A stretch of DNA of 64,000 nucleotides from Anthoceros angustus (GCA_010909165.1 MU008166.1:1302001-1366000); one strand, 5' to 3'; positions 22,802-35,951 are shown, counted from the first letter of the stretch. Notes: a model not told the origin generated them from the sequence alone. Program-made: numbers and translations.

Positions 22802-24568
22802 TGTGGAAGACCACATCCCTCAAGTGTCGTGGTGAACGATTTTTTGTTTTGATGTGTTAGAATAGCAGTGCTTTGAGAATCGCCCTGAGTCTTTTATACG
22901 GAATGGTCCTTGGCCCTTGGAGATAATATAATTTTTCGATCTTAGGTTTGACCCCGAGGGGTGGGGTAGAAATAGAGTCCTTGGGTATTGGGAATTTTAG
23001 AATAAAAGGTGTCTATATATGCTAGGATGCTCACAATATGCCATGCTTGAGTAGTCAAGGGGTGGTGGCTAGTTCCACCACGGTGGCCGAGAAACGCATG
23101 CACTGTGGGGAATTTACAACCCTAGTGGAGCGGGACTACCAACAATGGAGCAATCGGGAGAAGGCACACCCAAAGATCAGCGAGGTCGCGACTCTCCGTG
23201 AGGGGCAATGAGCGGAGCCGCAAGAAGAGGGCGCCACAACCACGCCAGCCAAATCACCGCCTCAGGTGGAGGAAGGCCACGATCGATGGCAGCGGGGCGG
23301 AGGAGAGAAATACCGCAAGTTCGCGAGGAGGCGGAAGGAGCGGGCGCCATCCTCCGCAAGTGCAGCTGAGGAGATGAGTGAGGCGAGGCCGTGGCATGGA
23401 GGGAGGAGCACACGATGGTTGTCCAAATGAGGAGCGGACAATGGACAGGAAATGGGAACGCCCGCTGGGAAGGCGAGGGAAAGCAGGAGAGTGAGGTGGA
23501 GGTTGTGGGGAAAATCGCCTGATCGTAGACGAGGCCAAGAGCGAGAGGGGTCCCCATAATCAGGGCGAGGCAAAGAATCGCGGAGGCGGCAAAGTCACCG
23601 ATTTTAGGAGCCGCGATAGCCTAGGACCGGGTCTTTTCGTGAGAGGATAGGGAGTTCCATCACCGTAGCTGTTGGTTTAGATTAAGGGCCGTGGTAGGAG
23701 CTACAATTTTAGACACTAAGAGAAGTGAGCCGGTGTGGACCCCGATGTATAAGAGACCCTTTGGGTGTCTCTCAAAGCGACGATTTCGTGTGTGAACTTC
23801 CGTATCGAACTCGTGGGGGTTGATTGGAGACGCCCCGCATCAAGATCAAACGGCACCCCGACCTGCCTGGGTCACAAGAAGGCCGGAAGATCTCGGATTG
23901 AGAGAGTGGCCAAGCCCACCGGGTATTTGAAGGTAGCACGCAACGAAAAGAGGTAGGAATTGCCGCGAAGGCCGAGGTGGAACCGCCGGAAGGCTAATCG
24001 CCCAAGCACCGACCGGGCTTTTTCCGATCCTCTTTTCCAACCGCCGCCACTGTGTGTATTCCATGAGAGAGGGTCAGTGTGGCCCAAGGAGGGGTCTGTG
24101 GTGGCCCAAGGAGGGGGTCCGTGTGGCCCGTGAGGCGAGGGAGAGTTCATTAGGGAAGGGGAACCCAAGGGGTAGATGAGTGTTACCGAGGGATTGTGAG
24201 AGTGTGAGGGAAAATCTAAATGCGTAAGAGGAGTGGAAGCGTGGTGGAATCGCAAATTCCCAAGAAGGTGAGGCGAGTAGGCATCCGATGCCCATAGCCC
24301 TTGTAGGTCCGTGTAGAAGCTGTGACGACCAGGCCTCGACAAAGGCGCTGGTGGGACCCGCCACAGTTGTCAACCGCCATCGCGTGGCCGAGTCTACTAC
24401 TGTGGTGGGTTTGGGCAGTGAGAAGGTGAGGGCAGTGAGCCACGGTGTCTAGAACTACAGATTCGTAGCACACCTTGACACAACACCATTCCTGATCAAT
24501 CCAGACTATAACGACATAGAGGGTAAATGTGTGGCCTTTTGCCTTCTGGATGCAAAACCCATTCCATA
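22802..24568 (+). repeat. 3' LTR of the Gypsy element
   Basis: Preceded by the PPT and collinear with the 5' LTR; ends ...ATTCCATA (the terminal CA is altered). Confidence 0.88.
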
Positions 24569-25838
24569 ACCGGGTCGAGTTGTGGGACTACAATCACGAT
24601 TTTGTATGTCAAGTTTTAGTCTCGATGTGCAAGCCATGGTCCGCCGCGGCGTGTGAAGCGAAACGGGGTTTGAGTTTGGGGAATGCCTCGATTCGAATGT
24701 TTTGTCCATCGATCGGGTGGCTATGAGCCAACGGTCACATGGCATGGACCTGAGGGCTTACATGTGAACTACACTATATCGTTCCAATACTTTATTAGCG
24801 AGAAATGTATCTATCAAGATATACTTTGTACCTTGGGATGTATATCCAATATTATTCCATGTATTTTACATGGATAACCCAAGGCCCACAAATAAAGGAG
24901 CCCGCTTAGTGATGCATTCTCGTCTAATTGTGTAACATGACGGTCTACACTTTTCCATATGCGGTAAAGGTGGTTTGGTCAGAATGTATCCCAAAAAGTG
25001 ACACCGATTGAAATAAAGCCCAAATAAATGTTCTCACACGCCATAAATTTATAAGGATCTCTACTTTTTCTCCCGAATGCCTCTTTGTTTAATCATGAGA
25101 CATCGAGGTGGGAAATATTGCCAATAAATTTCAAGTTTTGATGAAGTAGTTTGTACTGTGCTGCTATTTTAGCAGCCGCTTTCCCCACAAACCCTCAAAA
25201 TCAATCGGCTTTTCTTATGCAAATTTTGATGACATATTTGGTCTGGCCTCCTGAAAGTGGAGGTCACTAGCCCTAAGGAGACCTTGTTCTTCCTCCGTGG
25301 TTTGCAGGTGCCGCTTATTCTACCCGTGATATGACATTGTGGGTGCTATCACTTGGTAGGGAGCATTGCTCCTTTTCACTCGACCCCGGCCCCATTTGTT
25401 GTCCCTTCCTAGATGGTCTCTTTCCATCGTTCTTTCACCTCAATAAATCATCTTTCTGTAACAAATTCAATTCAATGTAACATATAAATAAAAATATAAA
25501 AATAATAACCAAGTTTGAACGTTCAATTTTAGTTTGAACGTTCAAATTATAAATATAGCCAAGGCATTGTGAGGAGGCGCTTATGAGTGAGCGAGCTCCA
25601 TATTTGTGGGTGTTACGATTGTACTCCTTCATACTGCCTAAAAGGCTGCATGATGTTAGAGAGGCAAGGCTTAAATACTTACATAGACTGGGTAATACTT
25701 CATACTTATAAACTCTAAAATCATTTAGTTTTACGGAAGTCGGTCATTCAGTATTTCACTCTGAGTTTTGCAAAATATGCTTTCCCTTGCGGGTCCTGCT
25801 AATGTCGGGTCGTCCCATTTCACTTATCAGGCGTGGCT

Positions 25839-27330
25839 TTACAACGATAAAGAGTGAGCGGGCGGTAAGCCGAACCCGCCCGCTTTTCTCGTATGGCTGC
25901 ATCCAGCCTTTCCACGCCGGGGGTCAGTGAGTCGAAGCCCCGCACCAGCGCCCTGCAACTTACTGGAGCAGTGGAAGCGCCTAAGATGATGCTGGCGCCC
26001 GCCGCCCACGCCGAAGGGCGTGCAGCGTGGTTTAAGTTTCCGCGTCATGGGCTCGGCCTTTGTCACTTCAAGAACCGCCTCCGGGCCGGAACGCCTCGTG
26101 ATCCTCTCATGTAGCCAGTTTGTTGGCCGTAAGAACAGCGGCTCACTAGCACTCGTTTTCTCGCTGTGATGTCGAGCCGCTGAGTCACTCGTCATGGCCC
26201 GCAGCAAAGGCACCAAAGAATGAATGGCTTATGTGCGCATCAAGAAAGTTTCCTTCTTCACCAACGCCGCCAGATAGGGCGCCCTCCCCTCGATGCTCGC
26301 TGGTTCGTCGTAGGCATTCCTCGCTCACAACAGACATTTATCTCAGCCTCCTCCTCACTCTTCTCATTGATGTCGTTGCTGATAAGCTCGAGCAGCCCCT
26401 CGCCATTCCATCATTCCATCGACTACGCTGCGGTTTCGATGGTCGCATCGGCCGTAGTTTTAGCAGCAGCAATGCCTCACCAAGCGCATCGTGAATAATT
26501 GAAGTGCATCCGAAGATGGAAAATGTATACCGCAACATTGATGCTCTCAATGATGCGAGCACGCTGTCCCCTGCTGATTTCCCCATTCTTCCCGGAAAGC
26601 ATCTCCGTAATGTGATCCCATAGCCTGGCTCTCGCTGATGCCGCACTCGCCGGCCGATTTCGTTTGGAGAAGCTTCCCGAGGGCCGCAGATGAATTTTGT
26701 GTATGTTAGCTGCTTCTTTAAGCATTCCTATCTCACACGTAATGCACCAACTGGGCAGCTGCGCCTCATTACTAACTTAATCACCGCCCGGTGAAGTAGT
26801 TTTTGAAGAGGGCCAGACGATGTCGGGTCCTGATGTCCCCGCGTAATTTTGGAGGTAGTTTTTCAGCAAAGCGTTACCAAGATGGGGAATGAAGTCCCCG
26901 TGAGTTGTACTTTGAAGCCTGGGCCAAGTTTGCTTCTCCCATTCAAGGCCTTCAATTGAACAAATAGCGATCGCCCTCGCCTCAAACCCGAAACACGACA
27001 TCACGATTTACGCACTCAAAATTGCTGTTTTTAAACGGGGCCGTATCGCATGAGGAATCGTGTTTTGCACAGTAGCACTCAATCGCGAGATATACATACC
27101 TCCTCGTCAAACATGAGCCTGGTGACATTGTGTTGTACATCACAAGCCGTCAAACTTCTCTCGAGCAATAACCTCCTGTGGTCGAAAGGCAAGATACTTG
27201 GGATTCTGCCTTCTCAAATTCATGATCAAAGCGGTCCGCTCCTCATCCTCCCAAGTCACTTATGTATCATTGTCAGACCACCATGTCCGGGTAAGAAGGC
27301 AACCATGATCATGCATTGTTAGAAGTGATT
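25839..27330 (-). pseudogene. Degenerate TE-like gene of unknown family, possibly with a Myb/SANT-like segment
   Basis: Protein-like frames: VTWEDEERTALIMNLRRQNPKYLAFRPQEVIA (about 27240-27150) and RARLWDHITEMLSGKNGEISRGQRARIIESINVAV (about 26635-26525). No diagnostic catalytic motif. Confidence 0.25.
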
Positions 27331-27434
27331 TACACAACATATCGTAATATTGTTTACTTCAAGAGTGCCCTAAAAAGCAGTGCTATGAAAAAGTGCCCTC
27401 AAAAAATAACATACTTTGAAAGTCATGCATCTTC

Positions 27435-27712
27435 TGTAAAGTATCTTCTAGAAGTCCAAAAGTAAAGCTGCAAGTTTAAGGACCACATAGGGACTCAAGT
27501 TAAGTAACCAATGTGATTCAAGGTCAAGTGACCAGAGGATCCAAGGCTAATTACATAAGGGACCAAGGCTGGCCCACCCACTGTAGAAGGTGTGTGGTGT
27601 GTGCAAGGCTCCTGTGTGCTTGTGCTAGTATTAGTGCGCCTAGTGCATATAACCATATTGTAAGTAACCTTGTGTTCTCCTTTCTATAAACGCCACTCTT
27701 TTTCCTGGCACA
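27435..27712 (+). repeat. 5' LTR of Copia element A (about 280 bp), followed by a tRNA-Met-type PBS
   Basis: TGTAAAG...GGCACA followed by AGGTATCGAGC (27713-27723), close to TGGTATCAGAGC. Confidence 0.65.
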
Positions 27713-27789
27713 AGGTATCGAGCTATGTTCAAGAGCCTTGCATCGCCTTTGAAATGCCGATTTGAAAACACGTTGTATCGCATAGCTCT

Positions 27790-28990
27790 AGCTTATAGAT
27801 CATAGTTCTTAGCTTTCAGTATCTGGCGAGAACTTGTGTGTACAATGTTTAATCCCTCGTGAGTTCATGGGGCTTCAGCTGAGTTCGCCAGAATCACAGC
27901 TGCACAATGCTTAATCCTCAGTAGCGCATCGTGAGAACTTGTGCAATAATGCTTAATCCTTGTAGTTCATAGTTCTTAGCCCAGAGTTCATGGGTAACTC
28001 GCTAAAGCACAATGCTTAATCCCTCAGAGTTTTCATGCTGTTTTGAGGTGCGCTAGTCTTCAAGAGATGTATTTAGTAGGTAATCTACAATCAGTATCGC
28101 ATAGTTCCCAGCCTGTAGTTCATAGTTCTAGCTTCCAGTTCATGGTAGAACCAGCACAACGCTGGTAACTCGCAACAAGAATAACGCCGATCCTCAGAGT
28201 AATGGGAGTGAGTGCTAGTCTTCAAGATGTATCGGGAGGCAATCAAGCAATTGTAGGGAAACCACACGGCATCGATAAGCATGGAGACACGCCTAGTGGA
28301 GAAGCGTTTGGCGCACGAACTTCATAACATTGTAGTTGAAGTCAAGATGCTTCCCTTTACTCCACTGCTGACTATGGAAGTTTGTTTGACAATCGGCCTT
28401 ATAGAAACAATTCCCAAGGACTATGGAAGTTTGTCGACAATGGCCTCTTGGTGAAACACCCAATCGGGTTTTATTATAGAGAAAGATGGTTGAAGTCAAG
28501 ATGCTTCCTTACTCCACCAAGACTATGGAAGTTTGCCCATTACCTGGCCTCAGAGAAACACCTAAGGACTATGGAAGTTTGTCGACAATGGCCTCGAGAA
28601 ACACCCAATCAAGGGCGCGAACATAGGAGAAAGATGGATCTAGCCATGACGCATTAGGATTCTCCTCAGTGTGTCCGATGACATACTCTCTCAATTGAGT
28701 GAGTGTGCAAGCGCGAGAAAGATGGACTACTGGTGCCATTGATTCTCCCTCCACGCGTCTACGAAGGACGCTTTCTCACAATCGATTAGTGAGTGCACAG
28801 CAGAAAGATGGCAGCACTAACCCAGCGTCATTGGGCGTGACGATTCTCCCTCAACGTGTCCGAGATGACTTACTCTCTCTCAATTGAGTGGGTGTTACAG
28901 CGAAAGATGGACGAGCTGCCGGGCGACGATTTACTCCTCAATGTGTCCGGAGTGACTTACTCTCTCAATTGGGAGCGAGTGTGTAAACAT
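27790..28990. repeat. Three adjacent degenerate tandem-repeat blocks in the Copia A leader
   Basis: CACAATGCTTAATCC/CATAGTTCTTAGC units (27790-28150); two roughly 150-bp units each with two CTATGGAAGTTTG sub-repeats (28335-28610); four roughly 90-bp units GAAAGATGG...GATTCTCC...ACTCTCTCAATTG (28625-28990). Confidence 0.8.
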
Positions 28991-29400
28991 CAAAAGCCGG
29001 TAATGGACGACCGCAACAATGTATGAGAAGAAGAGCTTGCCAGGTGAATGAGATGTTGTTGGAGCAACACCGCCAACTCTAAGATGGCCCAGCTTACACC
29101 ATTCGACAGCGACATCAACAAGTTGAAGAATTGGTGGATCAAATGAAGAAGCAAGGCGGATCAACTAACCACGAAAGAAAGGTTATCGTGGTGTTGCAGC
29201 AGCTCGCGATCCCACGTATAAGCAATTTGTGTTTGGCCGCCCTCTAACGGCGGCTGGTGAGGCAATGCGTTTAGGACAACCACCAGATTGGATGAGGTTT
29301 GGTTCCGCCTTGCCTCCCTACAAGAGGGAGGCTTGGGGGTAATTCCTTCTTCAAGAAAGAAGAGAATGGAGACTGGTGTCGCCGCATCTAGTAAAGTACT

Positions 29401-29914
29401 TGAATTACATAAGCACTTCCCCACCAACAACCAATGAAACAATATGCATATATAGGCAAACCACAATGGAGGGGAGGCTCAGACATCGTGGGCACAAACA
29501 CTCTCCCCACGAGAACAACATGCAAATTCACACACGCTCTTGGAGTCAGTAGTCATTCTCACAACACTCTCAGTCAGATATCTAGAGACAAGCCGACCGA
29601 GCTGTCCTCTGAAAGGTCTATATACTAGACCTGCATCGCATATTGCAAGATATCCATCGCATCAAAGATACGAATATCCTAAGAATACACTATACATGTA
29701 AGGAATATACCAAAGCATATTATTTGAGCTTATCCACTTATTATCATAACTATGTTTAATTAATACTAATCAATGCCTAATAACACATTAGATTAATTAC
29801 TAATCAATACTTAATTAGCATAATTTTGGTTAATTAACACTAATTATTTACTTAAAGATAGGTAATTAGATTAATTAATAATTAAACACTAAACCTGAGT
29901 AGATTAGTATCACA
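29401..29914. mobile_element. Probable solo LTR or other non-coding insertion splitting Copia A gag
   Basis: Non-coding, partly very AT-rich block between the gag UBN2 segment and the zinc-knuckle segment, with TG...CA-like ends. Boundaries are approximate and no TSD was seen. Confidence 0.4.
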
Positions 29915-32074
29915 CCAGATTTACTCGGTTTCTCTCAAAGAAGGAACAACACGTGGAAGACTTCACAAGCCAACTCAAGAAGGATCAAGGAGGTGCAAGA
30001 AAAGGTGTGGGGTACGCCATTATTGCAAAAAGCCTAATCACTATGCCAAGGATTGTAGGACAAGGTTATTTGAAGAAGAAGGGAAAGGAGTCACAAGCCA
30101 ATCAAGTGAGTGAGAAGGAAGAACATCTTTTCATTGTCTCAACCGTGAGAAAGAGTACGATGCTCCCATCAAAGAAGGATGAGAGTTTGTACCGACTGAG
30201 CATCTCAACACTTCACCTAATCGGCCTTGGTTCTCAAGCTATGAAGAAATGTCAAGGGCATAAAGTGGCGCTTGGAGACAATAGGTCACACGAGATCAAA
30301 GGAAGAGGTGTGATTAAGTTCAACTAGGACCATCCAAAGGTACAATCAAGGATGATGTGCACCATGTGCCCGGGTCTTGCGAAGAATCTTCTTTCGAGCA
30401 AGAATCATCGACCGGAAATGAGATTGTGTTCAACTCGAGGATGTCGCATCCAACCCGAGCAACCGTAATCACCTAATGTCGTGATAGCTCGAGGTGTTCG
30501 GAAGGCAATCTCTAAAGTGTGTGATCAGGTGATCAACAAGCTTGCACATTTGTGTCAAGCTCACTAAGAGCACCGGGTCAATAGATTTGTGGCATCAACG
30601 CTAGTACACTGGAGTGGACAACATCAAGATGATGAAGAATCAACAAATGGTGACCGCTTGGATTTGAAAGATATTGGTGAGCCGCTTGTGCTAAGGGTGC
30701 ATGGGAAAGCTTCACCAACCAAGTTCCCAAGGATTGAGCGCGAAAAGGCGTTGGAACTTGTACACACCGATGTGTGGACCAATGAAGAACCCTACCCATG
30801 GAGGAGCCCGCTACATTCTAGTGTTTGTGGATGACTTCACAAGGAGGAGTTGGACATACCTTTTGAAGGAGAAGTCCAAGTGTTCAAGACATTCAAGGAG
30901 TGGAAAGCCTTGGTGGAGAAAGTGGAGAATGCCTCAAGACTTAGGAGTGACAATGGAGGAGAATACATCTCTTCTCAATTCAAAAGCTTTTGCAAGGAGC
31001 ATCTGGAGGCAACTAACAATTCCTCACACACCGGAGCAAAATGGAGTGGCGGAGCAAGCTAAGAGCCTAGTGGAGGCGTGCATGCTCCATCAAAGTGGGT
31101 TGGAGGTACGCTTTTGGGAGAGGTCTACAAGAACTCATGTTTTGAATAGAGTTCCAACCAAGGCACTGGAATGACCCCGAGGAGGCATGGTCTGTCAAAC
31201 CTAACGTGAGTCATTTTAGGATCTTTGGTTCGAGGTTTATGCTCATGTTCCAAAGCAAAACCGAACCAAGTGGGATCCTAAAGGCATCCAGTGCATCATG
31301 CTTGGGTATTCATGAGGTAAAGGGTATAGATTATACAACCCTACAACCAAGAAAATCATTTTGAGGGATGTTGTTTTTCATGAGGTTGTGGAACCTAACA
31401 AAGGACTGGGAGCAACGCAAGTTGTCATCAAGGAGTTGAAGGAGCGTGAAGAAGCACAAGACTTGGTTCTTGAGCAACCTACTCTTGAGCATGCTCAACC
31501 TGCTCGAGCATGAGCAACCTCTACCACAAGGTGATATAGAAGGTGGAGAAGCCTGATATCGAGGATGATGAAGAGGAGCGAGATCAAGAATCCAAGAGGA
31601 GCCACCGACCTGATCGAGATCATCAAGGCGATGGAAACCTTCGAGAAAATTTTGGAGTCCATGAATGCACAAGTACGAAGAGGCTATGTTGGCGATGAGC
31701 CGCAAAGCTTGAAGGAAGCCTTGGAAGGGCCAAAAGGAGTGGAAAGAAGCCCAGATAGTGAGTATAACTCACTTATCAAGAACAAGACTTGGGAAATCAC
31801 CTCTACCCCAAGGAAGGAAGTGCATAGGATCCAAATGGGTGTTCAAGATCACACAACGATGGGAGCATAGAGCGATACAAAGCAAGGCCGGTGGGAAGGG
31901 ATATACAAGTGCCGTGTATTGACTACACCGACACTTTCTTCCCTGTTGCTAAGATAACATCCATTCGTATACTCTTAGCAATAGCAGCTACCATGGATCT
32001 GGAGATACATCACATGGATGTCCAAACTGCGTTTCTCAATGGAGATTTGGAAGAAGAGATCTACATGTATCAAT

Positions 32075-32295
32075 TGTTGGACATAATCACGTTCTCTAAG
32101 AAAAGCTCAGAGACTAGATAGACAAAAGCCAGATAGACAAAATTGATAATGATTAATTAATAAAATGTCTCAAGTGCTGTCTATTATCACTAAACCCTAA
32201 TATCTGAAAGTCACATATTTAACTTGTATGCAGTGAGCTCAAACTCTCAACCACGCCTAACGTAAGCATAGTCTGTGTTAATTGTACTTTTGACA
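32075..32295 (-). repeat. 3' LTR of Copia element B (221 bp)
   Basis: On minus it reads TTAAGAGG (PPT-like, 32303-32296), then TGTCAAAAG...GTCCAACA. It interrupts Copia A RT exactly after EEEIYMYQ. Confidence 0.65.
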
Positions 32296-33129
32296 CCTCT
32301 TAAAAGCCGGGATTTGCTGCTCGAGCAATCCTATCACGTGAAGCTTCGCCCACCAAACACAACTCATCACTTGAGCTTAAAATACCGTTCAATGCAGTGA
32401 GTGATTCGATGATGCCTGAAGCTTCGGTCAGTTGCCCTTATTGTTGATGGCCCTCTTCACAATCACACACGTGTCCATCGCAGTTGTGATGAAGATGAGA
32501 AGCGGGCTGCAACACTCGGGAAAGATGGACAGCAGCAGCAAACGAAGGGCTAGAAGTAGGATGGGTAGCGCAGAAATGGAATCCGGTTCCTCAGCCCAAA
32601 AATCCGGCTTCTGAAGCGCCGATGTAGGAACACAAGTCGCCAGATGCGTGGGGGAATACCTTGACATCGGAGTGATCTGTAGTTGAGCTAAACATCTCCT
32701 TGAGTCGAAGAAAACAATCAAGCAGTGTAGAAGAGGCAGGCGAAGCTTTCCATGGACTCGGAAGCATTCGAGAAGGGAGGTCAGCTTCGGCCACATCGAG
32801 GCTAACTGTGGAAACTCCTAGGGCCGATGAAGGAAGACCCGGTAATAATAATCAGCAGCCAGCGACCGAATGTGAACGCGTTGAGCTTCATCCGCTGCCC
32901 CATTAGTTGACACTTGAGATGTGCTGAGCATGTTTTCCTGTACCCTAACAAGTATGCATGTCGGTGTAGTGCAAGAACACTTGGCAGCGGCTTGGCGATT
33001 GAGGGAGGCATGGGGATAACAACCAAAATAGGGAGCATGCTCCACCACACCTCACAAACGGATGAGCAGTGCTCAGCTTGCTAACAATATTGTCGCTTGC
33101 AAAAGAGTTTCGTACAGCCAGATCACAAA

Positions 33130-35950
33130 GTCCTAGGCTTCCGATGTCGTGACATAGTGCTTCAACTTGGGCAAGGCCTTTGTTAATATGGCTTTCATTA
33201 CCATTACTGCTCAGGGACGCCATAACTACACTTATCAACACGCCAACCACGCTCTCCGATGTAATAATGGTGCCGAATTTCGATCATGTTTTGTTCTAGC
33301 ATGAAATCGATTTGCAACAAGAGCCAACGCAGACATGTTATCACACAATAGAGGAGTTAGGCTCATCACGTTGCCCCAAATCATGAAGGTCCTTTCCCAT
33401 TCTCGCCTTTGAAGGCCTCAAGTTTTATATCGCCTCAGAGACCAGAGGGCAATAGATGCTGCTTTTTACACCCAAAGCTTATGGCAAGATCTCAGAAGGC
33501 GCACATGTGAGAGACTTCTCCTACTATCATCGCCTGACGCCTAACTCCACCAAGACTCTTTGGTCAGCTGAGCGCTACCAGATGCCCGTGAACTGAAAAG
33601 GTGCTTACAGAATATTGAATATCAGGACGTGTCCAATTCCCAACAGAGATCAAACTCCCTCACTCAGAAGGAACACCACCCATTTCTTTGTTTCTCCGCT
33701 CGACTGGGCATCAGAACTTGTTAGTTTAACACCCATGGCCGATGGTGTAGTTGCTGGTCGTGCTTGATCAAGCTTAAACTTGGTTAAGATGTCTTGTATA
33801 TACTGATACTGGTGTATCATCAAAAGTCCTTCAGATCTCGATACTTAAGCAACCGATACTTAGATGTAACTTTAATTTCCTATGTCTTTCATTTCGTACT
33901 TGCTGCTTAACATAGCCTTAACTTCTTCTAACAGCTTATTACTATTTGCAGCTAAAATCAAGTCATCGATGTATAGGGGAAGAACAACATATTCTTGTCC
34001 TCTTGCTATCCTATAAACATTACTGTCAGCTGCACTTTGCTTAAAAGATCTGCTTAGAAGGTACAGGTGGATGTTCAGGTACCAAACTCTACCACTTTGC
34101 TTTAGGCCGTAGATGGTCTTCAGAAGTTTACATACTCTCTTAGGGTAAGCTTTATCTTCATATCCCTCGGGCTGAGTCATGTAAAGGTCCTCGTCTAGTG
34201 CCCCATATAAAAAAGCGGTGCAGACGTCCATTTGGTATAGTTCCAGGTCATATTCTGCTGCAAGGGCTAGGATCATCCTAATGGATCATGGACCCTACAA
34301 CAGGGAGAATGTCTCCCATAATCCGCCCTTCCAATTGTAGGAATCCTCTAGCGACTAATCTCGCCTTATACCTAGTTATCTCACCCTTCTCATTTAATTT
34401 GAGTTTAAAGACCCATTTGCAGGATATGGGTCGTCTGTCAGATGGAAGGTCAACCAATTTCCAGGTCTGGTTCTTCACAAGACTGTTAAACTCATCATCT
34501 ACAGCAAACTTCCATTTTTCCTTCTCTGGACTTGTGAAAGCTTCTGTGAGTGACTTAGGTTCTAAGTGCACTGTTGTGGATGCAGCATGAACAGCTTGGG
34601 CATATGAGGTGCGAAAATCAACAGACTCATATTTGGGTTCCTTCCACTGTGCAGGTGGTGGCTTGTTTCTATTAGACCTTCTCAAAGGAGGATCACGCCC
34701 GAGGATCAACGGCCCGCATTATATTCTCGCTGATTGTCTTCTAAATCAGCCGCAGCAGAGCAATCCAGTGTCTTTCATCGCATAGACATATCTCAAAACC
34801 ATGTCCATTTATGAGTTCATGAACCCATGTTCGTGGTTATTATAGAAGTGACATCCTCATTTAGGTTTCCTAGATTTGGCATCGTTATGGGCACAACATC
34901 CTCGACTCAGCATCAACAAAGATCCGGTTATTGCCAACAAGATCTCGACTAGTTGCAATCGGGTTGTACTGTGAGCTGGAGCTGATGGAGGGAAATTATC
35001 ACCAATCGCCATCGTCAGGAAGTCATAACCGAGGTTTCGCTTTTCGACTGCATGGCCTTTGAAGTTAGTGTGGGATCCTGACGATGTGTAGGATTAATAG
35101 GCTCATGAAGGTGACATGAGCTGGGCCACCACTTTGTCAATAGTGGTCATAGAGCTTATATGCCTCTCACATGATCATCACTTCGATAAAAAATAAGAGC
35201 TTGGGCTCTAGCATCCAGCTTTTCTTCTCCTGGATGAGAGCAAAAGCTCGGATCCAAATACCTGTAAGTGTAAAGGCTGGGTTTCCGCCCATACAACTTC
35301 ATAAGGAGTTTTAGAAGGAACAATTGGTGAAGAGGCTTCTGAAGACATATGTGGCAGCAACAATAGCTTTCACCCAAGAGGTCCGTGGAAGACCAGCCCA
35401 TATCAACATGCCATGGGGTCATGGATGAAAGTTTGGTTCTTCTCTCGCAACTCCTGCTAGTATAAGGACCGCTAACTCGACGTTATCCCTCTCTTCAAAG
35501 GAAGAGATCAGTTGTTGTTGAACTGCACTCCATTGTCTGGGTCTCGCAGCTTGTTGGAGAAGGAGGCCATTGTCTCAACAATGTAATTCAACCATTCTTG
35601 GAAATGACAAATGTCACTTTTCGTGCATCTGGATATGTCCATGTATACCGAGTAATCATCCACAAAATGTAAGTAGTATAAGTCGCTAAGGGAGGGTACA
35701 TACTGGGTAGAAAGGGTTTCTCCAAGAACCCTTCTTGCACATGTCTAAGGATGGACCCTTTTGCGCCATGCAAAATCCAACACAAATCGGCTATTCGTAG
35801 CAAACCCTCGTGTTTTCCCTATAACGAAGAAGCAGCTTGCTTTCACATAATGTGTTATTGAAATGCACAAAGAATAATGACAAAGATGAAACCGTAGTCC
35901 ACCTTGTGGACTTGTGTATATCGTGAAAATATTACATTCGCAGGCGCAAA
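33130..35950 (-). pseudogene. pol: Copia B pol (GAG-pre-integrase, integrase, RT, RNase H), copy 1; 5' part replaced by another insertion
   Basis: ORF 33872-34276 (LELYQMDVCTAFLYGALDEDLYMTQPEG..LKTIYGLKQSGRVWY), ORF 34278-34709 (EPKSLTEA..ISCKWVFKLK..RYKARLVARGF) and C-terminal ADILTKALPK at about 33175-33150. Confidence 0.92.
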
Positions 35951-35951
35951 C

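Larger units (their letters stand above)
15312..24568 (+). mobile_element. Full-length Ty3/Gypsy LTR retrotransposon, non-chromovirus (Athila/OTA-like), about 9.3 kb
   Basis: Two roughly 1.7-kb direct LTRs (TGTGGAAGACC...ATTCCACA), PBS-like TGGCGCT at 17024, PPT GAGAAGGGAG at 22790-22799, and the order gag-PR-RT-RH-INT. No clear TSD. Confidence 0.93.
27435..32074 (+). mobile_element. Ty1/Copia element A, truncated within RT by insertion of Copia B
   Basis: LTR, PBS and a long repeat-rich leader; gag UBN2-like MYEKKSL..ELVDQMKKQG (29027-29160); GHKVALGDNRSHEIKGRG (30256); integrase LELVHTDVW, FVDDFTRRSW, LRSDNGGEY, PHTPEQNGVAE (30752-31055); RT FFPVAKITSIRILLA..MDVQTAFLNGDLEEEIYMYQ ending at 32073. 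Confidence 0.88.

Noticed and set aside
15300-24580. Target-site duplication for the Gypsy element
   Set aside because: The left flank GGCAC does not match the right flank (ACCGG or TAACC); none can be supported from this sequence.
25247-25270. Hairpin CCTCC-TGAAAGT-GGAGG followed by CTAG, like a Helitron 3' end
   Set aside because: The hairpin is too close to CTAG, the next base is not T, and no Rep/helicase is present.
28335-28990. Repeat/variable-spacer pattern superficially like a CRISPR array
   Set aside because: The units are long, degenerate and homologous throughout, lie inside a plant Copia leader, and there are no cas genes.
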